In this document: piece by piece, positions 32,175 to 43,800 of the stretch
Numbering within the stretch: position 1 is the first letter of the stretch
Layout: every line of letters starts with the position of its first letter
Assembly: GCA_963811975.1 (NCBI GenBank)
Contig: CAWETR010000024.1
Coordinates: forward strand, 49,947-113,946
Direction of reading: 5' to 3'
Length of the DNA: 64,000 bases
Source of the DNA: an uncultured Alphaproteobacteria bacterium
GTDB lineage: Bacteria > Pseudomonadota > Alphaproteobacteria > Rhizobiales > Beijerinckiaceae
Program-made: the position numbers and the translations under genes
Notes under the pieces: generated by a model
The model's database searches: none
The model's input: only the letters and a program-made list of their open reading frames with translations
Told to the model about the DNA's origin: nothing

Positions 32175-32873
32175 ATGGTCGATCACACCGTCAGATCTTT
32201 CGACGCCGAGCTCGAGCAGCTCGACCGCCACATTTCGGAAATGGGCGGGATCGCCGAAAAAATGCTCGCCGACGCCATGGACGCGCTGGCGACCATGAAT
32301 GTGGAACTGGCCCAGAAGGTCATCGCCACCGACGTGCGCCTGGACACCCTCCAGCGGACGGTCGAGGACATGGCCGTGCGGACCCTGGCGCGCCGCCAGC
32401 CGGTGGCGGTCGACCTGCGCGACGTCGTCGGCGTGATCCGCATTTCCGCCGATCTCGAGCGTATCGGCGACCAGGCCAAGAACATCGCCAAGCGCGCCGC
32501 CAAGATCGCCGGGGAATCGCGCATCCCGCGCGCCGTGATCGGCCTGCGGTCGATGCACGACCTCGCCGCGACGCAGCTCAACGACGTGCTCGACGCCTAT
32601 GCCCAGCGCGACGTCGAGCGCGCCAAGGCGGTGTGGAACCGCGACGTGGATCTGGACCAGCTCGAGGATTCCGTGTTTCGCGATCTCCTCACCTTCATGA
32701 TGGAAGATCCGCGCAACATCACCTTCTGCACGCATCTGCTGTTCTGCTCGAAGAATCTCGAGCGGGTCGGCGATCACACCACCAATATCGCCGAAACGAT
32801 TGCCTACATCGTGACCGGCGAGAGCCTGCCCGGCGAGCGCCCGCGCGGCGCCGATTCCGCCACTTCGCCATAA
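32175..32873 (+). CDS. phoU: phosphate signalling complex protein
   Basis: QPVAVDLR, DLERIGD, LERVGDHTTNIAE. Confidence 0.96.
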   Translation: MVDHTVRSFDAELEQLDRHISEMGGIAEKMLADAMDALATMNVELAQKVIATDVRLDTLQRTVEDMAVRTLARRQPVAVDLRDVVGVIRISADLERIGDQAKNIAKRAAKIAGESRIPRAVIGLRSMHDLAATQLNDVLDAYAQRDVERAKAVWNRDVDLDQLEDSVFRDLLTFMMEDPRNITFCTHLLFCSKNLERVGDHTTNIAETIAYIVTGESLPGERPRGADSATSP

Positions 32874-32896
32874 GACATCAGGGACCAATCGACCTC

Positions 32897-33640
32897 ATGA
32901 ACGAGCCGCGCGCATCTGTGATCGGCGCCGCATCCCCGGGTGGGGCGCCGCGAATTCTGGTCGTCGAGGACGAATCCGCGCTCGCTTTGCTGCTGGCGTA
33001 CAATCTCGAGGCGGAAGGCTATGTGGTCGAGCGCGTCGAGCGCGGCGACGAGGCCGAATTGCTGCTGGAGGAATCCGCGCCCGACCTCGTCATTCTCGAC
33101 TGGATGCTCCCCGGCGTCTCGGGGCTGGAAATCTGCCGCCGCCTGCGGGCGCGCGAGGCGACGCGGACGCTGCCGGTGATCATGCTGACCGCGCGCGGCG
33201 AAGAAGGCGAGCGCGTGCGCGGACTCTCCGTCGGCGCCGACGATTATGTGGTCAAGCCGTTTTCCGTGCCGGAGCTGATGGCCCGCGTCCGCGCCCTGCT
33301 GCGCCGGGCGCGCCCCGAACGGGTCGCCGTCAAGCTCACCGCCGGCGCGCTGGAGCTCGACCGCGAAACGCGCCGCGTCCGGCGCGGCAACCGCGACGTC
33401 CATCTCGGTCCGACCGAATTCCGCCTGCTCGAATATCTGATGGAAAAGCCGGGCCGGGTGTTCGCGCGCTCGCAATTGCTCGACAGCGTCTGGGGCATGT
33501 CCGCGGAAATCGACGAGCGCACGGTGGATGTGCATATCGGCCGGTTGCGCAAGGCGCTCGCCACGGGCGCCGAAGACGATCCGATCCGTACGGTGCGCGG
33601 CTCCGGCTATTCCTTCGACGAGACGTTCGGCCGCAACTGA
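32897..33640 (+). CDS. phoB: phosphate regulon response regulator
   Basis: LDWMLPGVSG, GADDYVVKPFS, LGPTEFRLL, RTVDVHIGRLRKAL. Confidence 0.96.
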   Translation: MNEPRASVIGAASPGGAPRILVVEDESALALLLAYNLEAEGYVVERVERGDEAELLLEESAPDLVILDWMLPGVSGLEICRRLRAREATRTLPVIMLTARGEEGERVRGLSVGADDYVVKPFSVPELMARVRALLRRARPERVAVKLTAGALELDRETRRVRRGNRDVHLGPTEFRLLEYLMEKPGRVFARSQLLDSVWGMSAEIDERTVDVHIGRLRKALATGAEDDPIRTVRGSGYSFDETFGRN

Positions 33641-33662
33641 TCCGGGCTTCCGACCCTCAAAG

Positions 33663-33697
33663 AAAGACCGGCGTCGCTGTGCGACGCCGGTCTTTTT
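33663..33697. terminator. intrinsic terminator after phoB
   Basis: AAAGACCGGCGTCGC-TGT-GCGACGCCGGTCTTT followed by TT. Confidence 0.85.
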
Positions 33698-33849
33698 AAT
33701 TCAGGGCAGGGGGGAGGGGTCTGACGCCGCGTCCTGTAGCGCTGGACGTATCGCCTTGAGCGACGATCCAGCCTGGCGGATTGAGCCGTTGTCGAGCTGG
33801 CGCCGACGGGCCGGCCCCTCGCCCTTGCCCTTGCGCGGAGACGCCGCGC

Positions 33850-34368
33850 TCAGACCCGGGCGACGCGGGAGCGGTCGCGGCGGCGATCCTGCGCCGGCTG
33901 ATAGGCGATGCGCGCGTGATGGGCGCAATAGGGCCCGATCCCGATCTGCATTTTCGCTCCGCAATAGCGGAAATCCGGGCTCGCCGGGTCGCCGAGCGGC
34001 CAGCGGCACATGGATTCCCGGAGGTCCATGATGCTCACGCGCTCGGACATCGGGATGACCACATCCTCGGCGGCGCGGCGCGGCGCCGGCGCGGGGGCGG
34101 GGCGCAGTTCGGCGGCGACGGCGAGGTTGCCATGGACGACGGGCGTCGACGGCCCGCGGTTGTCTTCGTCCGGCCGCGTCTTGGCGCGGGGACGCGCCGG
34201 CGCCGGGGACGGCGACTTGACGCGGCCCGAGAGACCGAGGCGATGCACCTTGCCGATGACCGCATTGCGGGTGATGCCATGCGCCAGTTCATTGGCGATC
34301 TGGCTCGCGCTCAGGCCTTCGAGCCACATTTTCTTCAAAAGCTCGACGCGTTCATCGGTCCAGGACAT
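33850..34368 (-). CDS. gcrA: cell cycle regulator GcrA
   Basis: MSWTDERVELLKKMW.EGLSASQIA, TRNAVIGKVHRLGLSGR, CRWPLGDP, YCAHHARIAYQP. Confidence 0.96.
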   Translation of the reverse strand: MSWTDERVELLKKMWLEGLSASQIANELAHGITRNAVIGKVHRLGLSGRVKSPSPAPARPRAKTRPDEDNRGPSTPVVHGNLAVAAELRPAPAPAPRRAAEDVVIPMSERVSIMDLRESMCRWPLGDPASPDFRYCGAKMQIGIGPYCAHHARIAYQPAQDRRRDRSRVARV

Positions 34369-35003
34369 CGAATTGCCCTCCAAAATTTGTCCGTTTCGCG
34401 AGGACGGAAACGGCGGTTCCCTGTCGGCGCCGGGAAAAAAGCGCCAGAACAATGCCGCGAACGGCGGTAAGCGCGGCGCGACTGGCGGCGCTCGTGAAAT
34501 TCAACTGCCCCGGCGCCCGATTTCGTGCGCCGCCGCAATCGGCTGCTTTCCCTTGCGGTCCCGCAGAAGGCGTAAGCGTGACCTGTCCGGCTGCGCAAGC
34601 GCAGCCGCCGGAAACGCTTCCGACCTGACGAGGACTGACAAGCAGGCGCTTGTTGAACGCGCGCCGCACGAGATGTCGTAGCCGACGAAGGGCAGACTAC
34701 ACTAGTCGTTGAATCGCGTGCAAGAGTCGCAACGTCGCGGGGCGGGTTTTCCCCAGACCTTTGCACGGCGGCGTTAAAAAGCGGGGGATGGCGTTTTTTG
34801 CGCTTGCGCCGCCCGCCCGAACCATGCCGCATGCCCCGCAAAGCCATTACAGGTTTGACCTTCCGGCCCGGATTTCCTAGATTGCGGGCCTGCCGACGCC
34901 GTCCCCGCGGGACGGCGATTTCATTTTCGGGTCCGCCGGCGGCGCATCGGCGGATTGGCCCTCGGCGAGGCGTCCGGGCGGACGGCGATAAGGAATACAG
35001 AAC

Positions 35004-36208
35004 GTGACTTCGGCTCTTCTTCCGACCTACGCGCGTTACCAGCTGGCGTTCGAGCGCGGCGAGGGCGCCTGGCTCATTTCGACGACCGGCGAGAGCTATC
35101 TCGATTTCGGCGGCGGCATCGCGGTGGCGAGCCTCGGCTACAATCATCCGCACCTGGTCGAGGCCTTGATCCAGCAGGCGCAAAAGCTCTGGCACACGTC
35201 GAACCTGTTCCAGATCCCGCTTGGCGAGACGCTGGCCCGCCGCCTGACCGAAGCGACCTTCGCGGACAATGTCTTCTTCACCAATTCCGGCGCCGAGGCG
35301 CTGGAGCTGACGATCAAGATGGCGCGCAAGTGGAACTCGGCCAACGGCTCGCAGGACCGCTCCCATATCATCACCTTCGAAGGCGCCTTCCACGGCCGCA
35401 CGCTCGCGACCATCGCGGCCGGCGGCAACCCGAAATATCTCGACGGCTTCGGGCCGAAAATGCCGGGCTTCGACCAGGTCGCCTTCGGGGATCTCGCGGC
35501 GGTCAAGGCCGCGATCGGGCCGCAAACCGGCGCCATCCTGGTCGAGCCGATCCAGGGCGAGGGCGGCATCCGCGTCGGCTCGCCGGATTTCATCCGCGGC
35601 CTGCGGGCCTTGTGCGACGAGCACAAGCTGCTGCTGTGCTTCGACGAAGTTCAATGCGGCATGGGGCGCACGGGCAAGCTGTTCGCCTATGAGCTTTACG
35701 GCGTCGCGCCGGACATCCTGGCGTCCGCCAAGGGCATCGGCGGCGGCTTCCCGCTCGGCGCGGTGCTGGCGACCGCCGAAGCCGGCAAGGGCATGGGGCT
35801 GGGCACCCATGGCACGACCTATGGCGGCAATCCGCTGGCGATGGCCTGCGGCAACGCCGTGCTCGACATTCTGCTCGCGCCGGGCTTCCTCGACGATGTC
35901 GCGCGCAAGGGGCTGGCGCTGCGCCAGAGCCTCGCCGGCCTCGCGGCCGAGCATCCCGACGTCGTCGCCGAAATTCGCGGCGAAGGCCTGATGCAGGGCG
36001 TCAAGCTGAAAGTGCCCAACGCCGATTTCGCCTCGGCCGCGCGCGCGGAAAAGCTCATCGTCATTCCGGCGGCGGAGAATGTCGTGCGCATCCTGCCGCC
36101 GCTCATCGTCTCCGAGGACGAGATCAGGGAGGGCGTGCGCCGTCTCGGCGCGGCTTGCGGGCATTTCGAAATCCCGGCGACGCACAAGGGCAAGCAGGGA
36201 GCGGAACC

Positions 36209-36212
<4 letters not shown>
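35004..36212 (+). CDS. argD: acetylornithine aminotransferase
   Basis: [50 protein letters not shown]; adjacent to argF. Confidence 0.93.
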
Positions 36213-37149
<937 letters not shown>

Positions 37150-37153
<4 letters not shown>

Positions 37154-38151
37154 GCTCCGGATCCGGTTCGCGTTTTTCCGCGGATTTCCCGGTCGTCGTG
37201 ACCGGGCAGGACGATTGCGTGCTGCCGTTCGCGGTGGAGCCGCTGGATTTGCGCGGCCGCATCGCGCGGCTCGGACCGGCGCTCGACGCCATCCTGACCC
37301 GCCACGCCTATCCCGAGCCGGTCGCGCGCCTGCTCGGCGAGGCGGCGGCGCTGACCGTGCTGCTCGGCACGGCGCTGAAATCCGAAGGCCGGTTCCAGTT
37401 GCAGACCCGCACCGACGGCATCGTGGACATGCTGGTGGTCGATTTCGACGCGCCCGACCGGCTGCGCGCCTTCGCGCGTTTTGACGCCAGGAGGCTGCAA
37501 GAGAGCCTGCCGGCGTCCGGCGCGATCGATCCGGAGGCCCTGCTCGGGCGCGGCCATCTTGCGCTGACCATCGAACAGGGCGCCGAGGTCGCGCGCTACC
37601 AGGGCGTCGCGCCGATCGAGGGCGGCGCGCTCGAACAGGCGGCGCGGACCTATTTCCAGCAGTCGGAGCAGATTCCGACCTTCATCCGGCTGGCCGCGGG
37701 CCAGGTCGTGACGCCCTCGGGCTCGAGCTGGCGCGCGGGCGGGCTGCTGGCGCAATTCCTGCCCCATTCCGAAGACCGCCGCCGCCAGGCCGATTTCCCG
37801 CCCGGCGACGCGCCGGAAGGCCATGCCGGGCATGAATGGAGCGAGGACGACGCCTGGACCGAGGCGCAGGCGCTCGCGGCCACCGTCGAGGATCATGAAT
37901 TGCTCGACCCCGGCCTGCCGAGCGAAAATCTCGCCTATCGCCTGTTCCACGAGCGCGGCGTCATGGCGTTTCCCGCGCGGACCCTGCGCGATTGCTGCCG
38001 GTGTTCGAGCGAGCGCGTCGAGTCCATGCTGCGCAGCTTCACGCAGCACGAGCGCGACGACATGGTCGGCGACGACGGCATGATCAGCGTGACCTGCGAG
38101 TTCTGCTCGACCATGCGCCGCTACGACCCGCGCGATTTCCGCCAGGACTGA
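37150..38151 (+). CDS. hslO: Hsp33 redox-regulated chaperone
   Basis: [24 protein letters not shown] and CEFC Zn motifs. Confidence 0.93.
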
Positions 38152-38337
38152 CCCTTCGATGGCCGGCTTTCGCAACGGCGGGCGAAAGACTTCGCAAAAG
38201 CGAAGGCAACTCTTTTCCCTTTCACGCGTTTCTTGAGCTCGACCGTGCGCGCGGTTCGTCGAAACCACTTCGGCGCCGCGACGCGCCGTCCCGGAATATT
38301 CCCGGGACGAGAAAAAATGTTGGGGAGGAGAAGCGCA

Positions 38338-38716
38338 ATGGTGCGGAAATTCATCTTCGCTTGTGCGGTCATCCTTGGCGGGCTGCTCGCCGCGCCCACG
38401 GAATCGCTGGCCTTCCACGGCGGCGGCGGCTTCCACGGCGGCGGCTTCCATGGCGGCGCCCGGGGCTTCCACGGCGGCGGGTTCCATGGCGGCTATCGCG
38501 GCGGCTATCGCGGCGGTTATGGCGGCGGCTATCGCCGGGGCGGTCTATGGCGGCGGCTATCGCAGGGGCGTCTACGCCGGCGGCTATCGCCGCGGCTATT
38601 ACGGCGGCGTCTATCGCGGCGGCGGCCGCTATTGGGGCGGGCGCTACTGGGCTTACGGAGTCGGTCCCTGCTGGCGCCGCAACCCGTTCGGCCAGTGGAT
38701 CTGGGTCTGCTATTGA
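38338..38716 (+). CDS. secreted Gly/Tyr/Arg/His-rich repeat protein (frameshift near 38540)
   Basis: signal peptide, FHGG x4, repeated GYRG/YGG, C-terminal [15 protein letters not shown]; RBS GGAGGAG. Confidence 0.75.
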
Positions 38717-38756
38717 GCTTTCGCCGGGACGGGCTGTCCCGTTCCGGCGCCAGCGC

Positions 38757-39111
38757 TCAGCCGCAATATTCCGCCCAGCACATCGGCGTCTCGAACACCT
38801 TCACGGATGTCGAGCTGGCGCAGCTCCGGCTTGACGCGGTCGAAAATCCACAGCGCGATATTTTCCGCGGTCGGGTTTTCGAGCCCGTCGATCTCGTTGA
38901 GCAAATGATGGTCGAGCCGTTCCAGCAGCGGCTGGAAGGATTTCTCGACATCGAAAAAATCGACCACGAAGCCGGTATGGGAATCCACTTCGCCCGAAAG
39001 CCGCAGCTCGACGCGGTAGGAATGGCCATGCAGCCGCCGGCACCGGTGGGTTTCCGGCACATGGGGCAAATGATGCGCGGCCTCGAAGGTGAAGGCCTGC
39101 GTGATGGTCAT
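38757..39111 (-). CDS. queD: 6-carboxytetrahydropterin synthase (frameshift near 38805)
   Basis: [34 protein letters not shown]; C-terminus VKVFETP is in the shifted frame. Confidence 0.9.
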
Positions 39112-39211
39112 CGAGGGTCTGGGCATGACGGTTTGGACATGGCGGGGTCTTAACGCTCTTCGTCCTGCAAAAAAAGCCGAAATCGATTCAAAGGGCCGAG
39201 ATCGCGCCCGT

Positions 39212-39959
39212 TCACTCGTAAGCCACGTCGCGCCGGCGCCGGACCAGGTGTTCGCCGCCGTCGATCGGCACGATCTGGCCGGGCAGGTTCGGATGGGCGA
39301 GAAAGAACCCGATCGTCGCGCAGATATCCTGCGCCGGCGTGGCGCGGCCCGTCGGAATCTTGGCCGCGTCGAAGGCGAAGCGGTCGTCGGTCTGGGGGCC
39401 CGAGGGAAACATCAGGCCCGGCAGCAGGCCGAACACGCGCACGTCGGCGCGCCCGGCCGATTGCCAGAGCTCGGTCAGCGCGAGCAAGGCGGCCTTGCCG
39501 AGCGTGTAGGAGAAATAATCCGGGTTCGGATTGATCAGCTTCTGGTCGAGAATGTTGAAGACATTCAGGGTCGCGCCATGCGGCTTGGCGCGCGCCGCCG
39601 CCTCGATGATCTGGAACGGCGCCTCGACATGGACGCCGAGGCTCGCGGCGAGCAGGTCGGGGTCGCCCTCGCCGGGGAAATCGTGCCGGAAGTTGGATGC
39701 GTTGTTGATGACCACGTCAGGCGCCCCGAACCGCTCGATCAGTCCCCTGCAGAAGCGCTCGATGGCGTAGCGCCCGGAAAAGTCGCAGACCAGCGACCTC
39801 GGCTTTGGCGCCTTCGCGCGCCAGGCTGTCGGCGAGGTCGCGCGAGGCGGTCTCGGAGCGGTTGGCGTGGAGCAGGACGCGATAGTTTTCGTGGGCGAAG
39901 AAGCGCGCGAGCGGCGCGCCGAGCCGGCTGGTCGCGCCTGTGACCAGCGCGGTCTTCAC
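39212..39959 (-). CDS. SDR family pteridine-reductase-like (FolM/PTR1) oxidoreductase (frameshifted near 39720-39790)
   Basis: [56 protein letters not shown]. Confidence 0.8.
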
Positions 39960-40355
39960 TTTGCCGCGCTCCAGCGCGCGCGGGTGCGGAACAGGTCGAT
40001 GCCGGCGCCGCGCGTCTCGTTGTAGATGTCCGGCTTGCGGATCGACAGCCGGCAGGCGATGACGCGCTCGTCGGCGAAACAGGAATCGGTGATCCGGTCG
40101 GCGACCGTCTCCACCAGGTCGATGTGGCCTTCGTCCTCCAGCGCCCGGATGCGCTTGCGGACGACGTCGTAATCGATGATCGGGGCGTCGGCGGCGCGCG
40201 GCGTGACGAGCGGCGCGTAGAGCCGGACCGAGACCATCAGCCGGGTCGGGCGCTCCGCGATGGCGCTCCCAGGGATGCAGGCCGCAGGAGACATTGACGC
40301 AGACCTCGTCGAGCGCGACGACGATGTGGTCTTCGCCGGAAAACAGGTCGTTCAT
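39956..40355 (-). CDS. folB: dihydroneopterin aldolase family protein (frameshift near 40260)
   Basis: CGLHPWE, IIDYD, HIDLVETVAD.I, IRKPDIY...AGI. Confidence 0.82.
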
Positions 40356-40448
40356 TCGATCCGCCTTGTGTGTTCGCGTCCTCTCTTAGTCACTCGGGCC
40401 CCGCGACGCAATGAATTCGCCCGGCGCCGCAAGCGGGAGGCGTGGGCG

Positions 40449-40481
40449 CAAAAAAAGCCGCCGGGCGTTCCGGCGGCTTTC
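40449..40481 (-). terminator. intrinsic terminator after the cytochrome c gene
   Basis: stem AAAGCCGCCGG...CCGGCGGCTTT, with a T-run on the minus strand. Confidence 0.75.
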
Positions 40482-40509
40482 GCAAGGCGATTGTCGCGGG
40501 AGAGAGGCC

Positions 40510-40923
40510 TCAGCGGGCTTCGTGCTGCGCGCCGCTGGTGTCGAACTGCGAGATATAGGCGATCACGTTGGCGATGTCCTGGTCGCCCTTCAGGCCCTTG
40601 AAGGTCATGTAGGTCGCCGGCACGTCGTGCTGCGGCTGCTTCAGATAGGACGTGAGGGTCTCGACGTCCCAGACCTTGCCGGAATGCTTGTTGGCTTCCG
40701 AATAATTGTAGCCGGGAACCGAGCCGGCGGGGCGGCCGATGAGGCCATTCAGCACCGGGCCGTAGAAATTGGTCGCGCCCGGCCCGATGTGATGGCACTG
40801 GCGGCACTGGTTGAATACGATTTCGCCCGCCTTGGGATCGCCCTTGAGCGTATCGGCGGCCTGCGCGCCGATCGCCATTCCGGCGAAAAGGGCGGCGGAA
40901 AGAATGAGAACCTTGGCTTGCAT
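40510..40923 (-). CDS. second cytochrome c2-like class I cytochrome
   Basis: signal peptide, CRQCH, GPVLNG, YNYSEAN, VPATYMTFKG. Confidence 0.9.
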   Translation of the reverse strand: MQAKVLILSAALFAGMAIGAQAADTLKGDPKAGEIVFNQCRQCHHIGPGATNFYGPVLNGLIGRPAGSVPGYNYSEANKHSGKVWDVETLTSYLKQPQHDVPATYMTFKGLKGDQDIANVIAYISQFDTSGAQHEAR

Positions 40924-41083
40924 AACCTCTTGCTCCGCTTGCCGTGGGTCAGCCTCGCCAGCGTTCTGTTCGCGGCTGAGGGCCCATCATATTCATTATG
41001 AGGGAATCATCGGCGTTTCGACATGATACAGGGCAATTAAATCACCTGATCGGCGCCAGTTCTGCAGTTATAAAGTCCTATTT

Positions 41084-42409
41084 TCAAGTCAGAAGGAAGG
41101 ACAGCAGCGAGCGCAGCTCGGCCGGGCGCACGGGCTTGCGCAGCATTTCGAGCTTGTGGCGCCGCGCCAGCTCCTCGGCGCGCGGCGAATGGTCGGCCGT
41201 CACCAGCAGCGCCGGCGCCTCCTTGCCGCAGGCGCGCCGCACGGCCTCGATCGCCTGCGGCCCCAGTTCGCCATTGTTGAGATGCAGGTCGGCGATGATG
41301 ATCTGCGGCGGGTTGGACAGAGCGCGCAGCTTCTCGACCGCCTCGGCGCCGGAGATCGCGACCGCGACGTCGCAGCCCCAGCGCTCCAGCAGCAGGATCA
41401 TGGCCTCGCTCACCGCGGGCTCGTTCTCGATCAGCAGGATCTTCGCGCCGGCGATGCGGTTGGTGTAGACGCGCATGGGCGGGGCCGCGACCGGCGGCGG
41501 CGGCAGGGCGTCGCTCAGCGGGATCAGCACCGAGAAGGTCGAGCCGCGCCCGACCCGGGACGACAGCGAGACGGGATGGCCCAGAACCTGGGCGAAGCGC
41601 CGCACGATGGCGAGGCCGAGGCCGAAGCCGGTCTGGCCGGGAATGTCGCTGTGGGCGCGCTGGAATTCCTGGAAGATCGCCTCGCGCCCGTCTTCGGGAA
41701 TGCCCGGCCCGGTGTCGCAAACCTGGACGAGAGCGTTCTCGCCGCGCCGGCGCACGCCGACCAGCACGCCGCCATGCGAGGTATAGCGCAAGGCGTTGGC
41801 GAGCAGGTTCTGCAGGATGCGGCGCAGCATCGAAGGGTCGGAGCGCACCGTGCGGCGCGTGGCGAAAATGCGCAGCTTCAGCCCGCGCTTCTGCGCGAAA
41901 TGGTCGAATTCGCGCGCCAGCGGCTCCATCACGTCGTTGAGCTCGAAACTGCGGATTTCCGGCTGCATCACGCCGGCGTCGAGCTTGGACAGGTCGAGCA
42001 GGGTGCGGATCAGGTCTTCGAGCGTCACCAGGCAGCGGTCGACCTGTTCGATCAGCACGCCGCCGTCGGGCCCGGTCTGCAATTCGCTGAGCGCCGACAG
42101 CGCGAGCCGCGCGGCGTTCAACGGCTGGAGCAGGTCGTGCCCGACCGAGGTCACGAAGGTCGTCTTCAGGGAGCTCGCCGCCTCGGCCTGCCTTTTGGCC
42201 TTTTCGATCGAGCGCATCGCCTGCTGCAGCTCCTGGGTGCGGCGGCGCACCTGATGATCCAGCGCGATGGCGGTCTCAAACAGCGAAAAGGCGTTGAACT
42301 GGCTGTCGACGGAGCGCTCGACGCGCGACATCAGGGCGCGGTTGATCTTTTCCAGCTTGGCGATCTGGCGTCTCAGATCGTCGTCGGTCTCGCTGAGCTG
42401 CAGAGTCAT
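41084..42409 (-). CDS. soluble hybrid sensor kinase/receiver (NahK/ErcS-like)
   Basis: coiled-coil KLEKINRALMSRVERS, H-box GHDLLQPLNAARL, GFGLGLAIV, C-terminal receiver; follows the FIST gene. Confidence 0.88.
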   Translation of the reverse strand: MTLQLSETDDDLRRQIAKLEKINRALMSRVERSVDSQFNAFSLFETAIALDHQVRRRTQELQQAMRSIEKAKRQAEAASSLKTTFVTSVGHDLLQPLNAARLALSALSELQTGPDGGVLIEQVDRCLVTLEDLIRTLLDLSKLDAGVMQPEIRSFELNDVMEPLAREFDHFAQKRGLKLRIFATRRTVRSDPSMLRRILQNLLANALRYTSHGGVLVGVRRRGENALVQVCDTGPGIPEDGREAIFQEFQRAHSDIPGQTGFGLGLAIVRRFAQVLGHPVSLSSRVGRGSTFSVLIPLSDALPPPPVAAPPMRVYTNRIAGAKILLIENEPAVSEAMILLLERWGCDVAVAISGAEAVEKLRALSNPPQIIIADLHLNNGELGPQAIEAVRRACGKEAPALLVTADHSPRAEELARRHKLEMLRKPVRPAELRSLLSFLLT

Positions 42410-43630
42410 GCCGGCTGCTTCTCGTCATCCTGTCGATAGCCGAGGGCGATGCCCGTAAAGGTCTGGTTGACGTGCATCGAGCGGTATTGCTCGCCATAGG
42501 TGTTGAAGCCGACCACCCGATGCCGGCGGTAGAGCTCGGACAGGCGGTGCGCGATCTGGTTGCGCTCGGCGCCGAGCCGGCGCAGCACGCAGTCGAAGCC
42601 GATATAGAGCGAGACGGAGCCAAGCTCCGCCTCCATGCGCTCGAAGGTCGCGAGCGTGCTCTCGTAAGGGTCGAGCGATTTGGCCACCGTCAGCACAAGG
42701 CCCTCGTCAATCGCGCAGAAAAAGCTCAGCGAGCCGTCGGCGTTCACCTTCTGGATCGAGCGGGCGTAATATTGCCCGCCGACGCCGACCAGCACAGGAT
42801 GCGACGCAAACGACGACGCATCGAGTGAACTTTCGATCAACCCGACCTGATGGGCGTATTCCTGGGCCGCCGGCTCGGCGTTCGAGCTCGCGCACCACGC
42901 GCGATTCCGTGTCGGCGTCGGTCACCACCATTTTCAGCGAGGTCGGCTCGAAATAATCGCATTTGAAGGTGGAGAACGGGATGTCCGTGTGGAACAGCAG
43001 CAGCAGCGCGGCGTCGCGATGGACGGCGCCGTCGCGGATCATCCAGGTCTTCTCGAAGCTCATGCTGTCGCCGGCCGAGCCGCCGACGACGGGAATGTCG
43101 TCGAGCGCCGAGTAGAGCGCCGAGATCACCGCCTCCTCGCGCCGGCACATGCCGTCGATCAGCAGCAGGCCGAAACAGCGGTCCGCCTCGCCGTCGGGAA
43201 TGCGCGCCATCAAAGCCGCGCGCGCGTCGGCGATGGAGGCGCGCCCCGCCTCGACGCCGAAATGCGAGAGGTCTTCCAGCATCTGGGCGACGAGCGTGAA
43301 ATTGCTGCGCAGGAAGCCGATGGCGACCACGGAATGGGAGGCCCAGCCCGACAGCGTCAGTTCGCCCGCCGTGGTGCAGCCGAAGATCGGCGCGCCGGGC
43401 AACAGGCGCTGGATTTCAGAGGCGAAGGTGGCGGGGTCGTAGCTGGCGCAGACGAAACAGACCAGTCCGACGATGGCTTCCTCGGGATTGTCCCCGGTCG
43501 CGGCCAATTGCGCGGAGATCGCGGCCGCGATGTCGCGCGCCGCGGCTTCGGCGCTTTCGGCGCTGGTGGAGGCGACGACGACGCCCTCCAGACGGTCGGC
43601 GCGCAACTCCCTTGTCTGCAACGATCCCAT
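42406..43630 (-). CDS. FIST-domain sensor (NosP-like; frameshift near 42882)
   Basis: GCTTAGE, LLLIDGM, GGSAGD, FFCAIDEG, FDCVLRR, VGFNTYGEQ..MHVNQTFTG. Confidence 0.88.
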
Positions 43631-43800
43631 CCCCTGGATTTTGCGCCCGGCCTTTCGCGCGCTTTTTTCTGGTTTCCCCTCGCGCCGGCTCGCCGCCGCT
43701 TGCGGCGCAGCGCGAAACGCCGCTCGCCCGGCGCGCAATTGGGAGAAAGTACTATAGGCGATGTCTCCCGCGTAAAACAACTTTGTTCAGGGAGAAAGAA

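Noticed and set aside
34369-35003. Possible ncRNA or small gene in the 630-bp gcrA-argD intergenic region
   Set aside because: No convincing ORF, terminator or known RNA motif; consistent with divergent promoters (two GANTC sites near 34711 and 34724).
38410-38650. Short tandem DNA repeats (GGCGGCTTCCAC, GGCGGCTATCGC) as a possible CRISPR or VNTR
   Set aside because: They are codon repeats of the Gly-rich protein, with no spacers of regular length and no cas genes.
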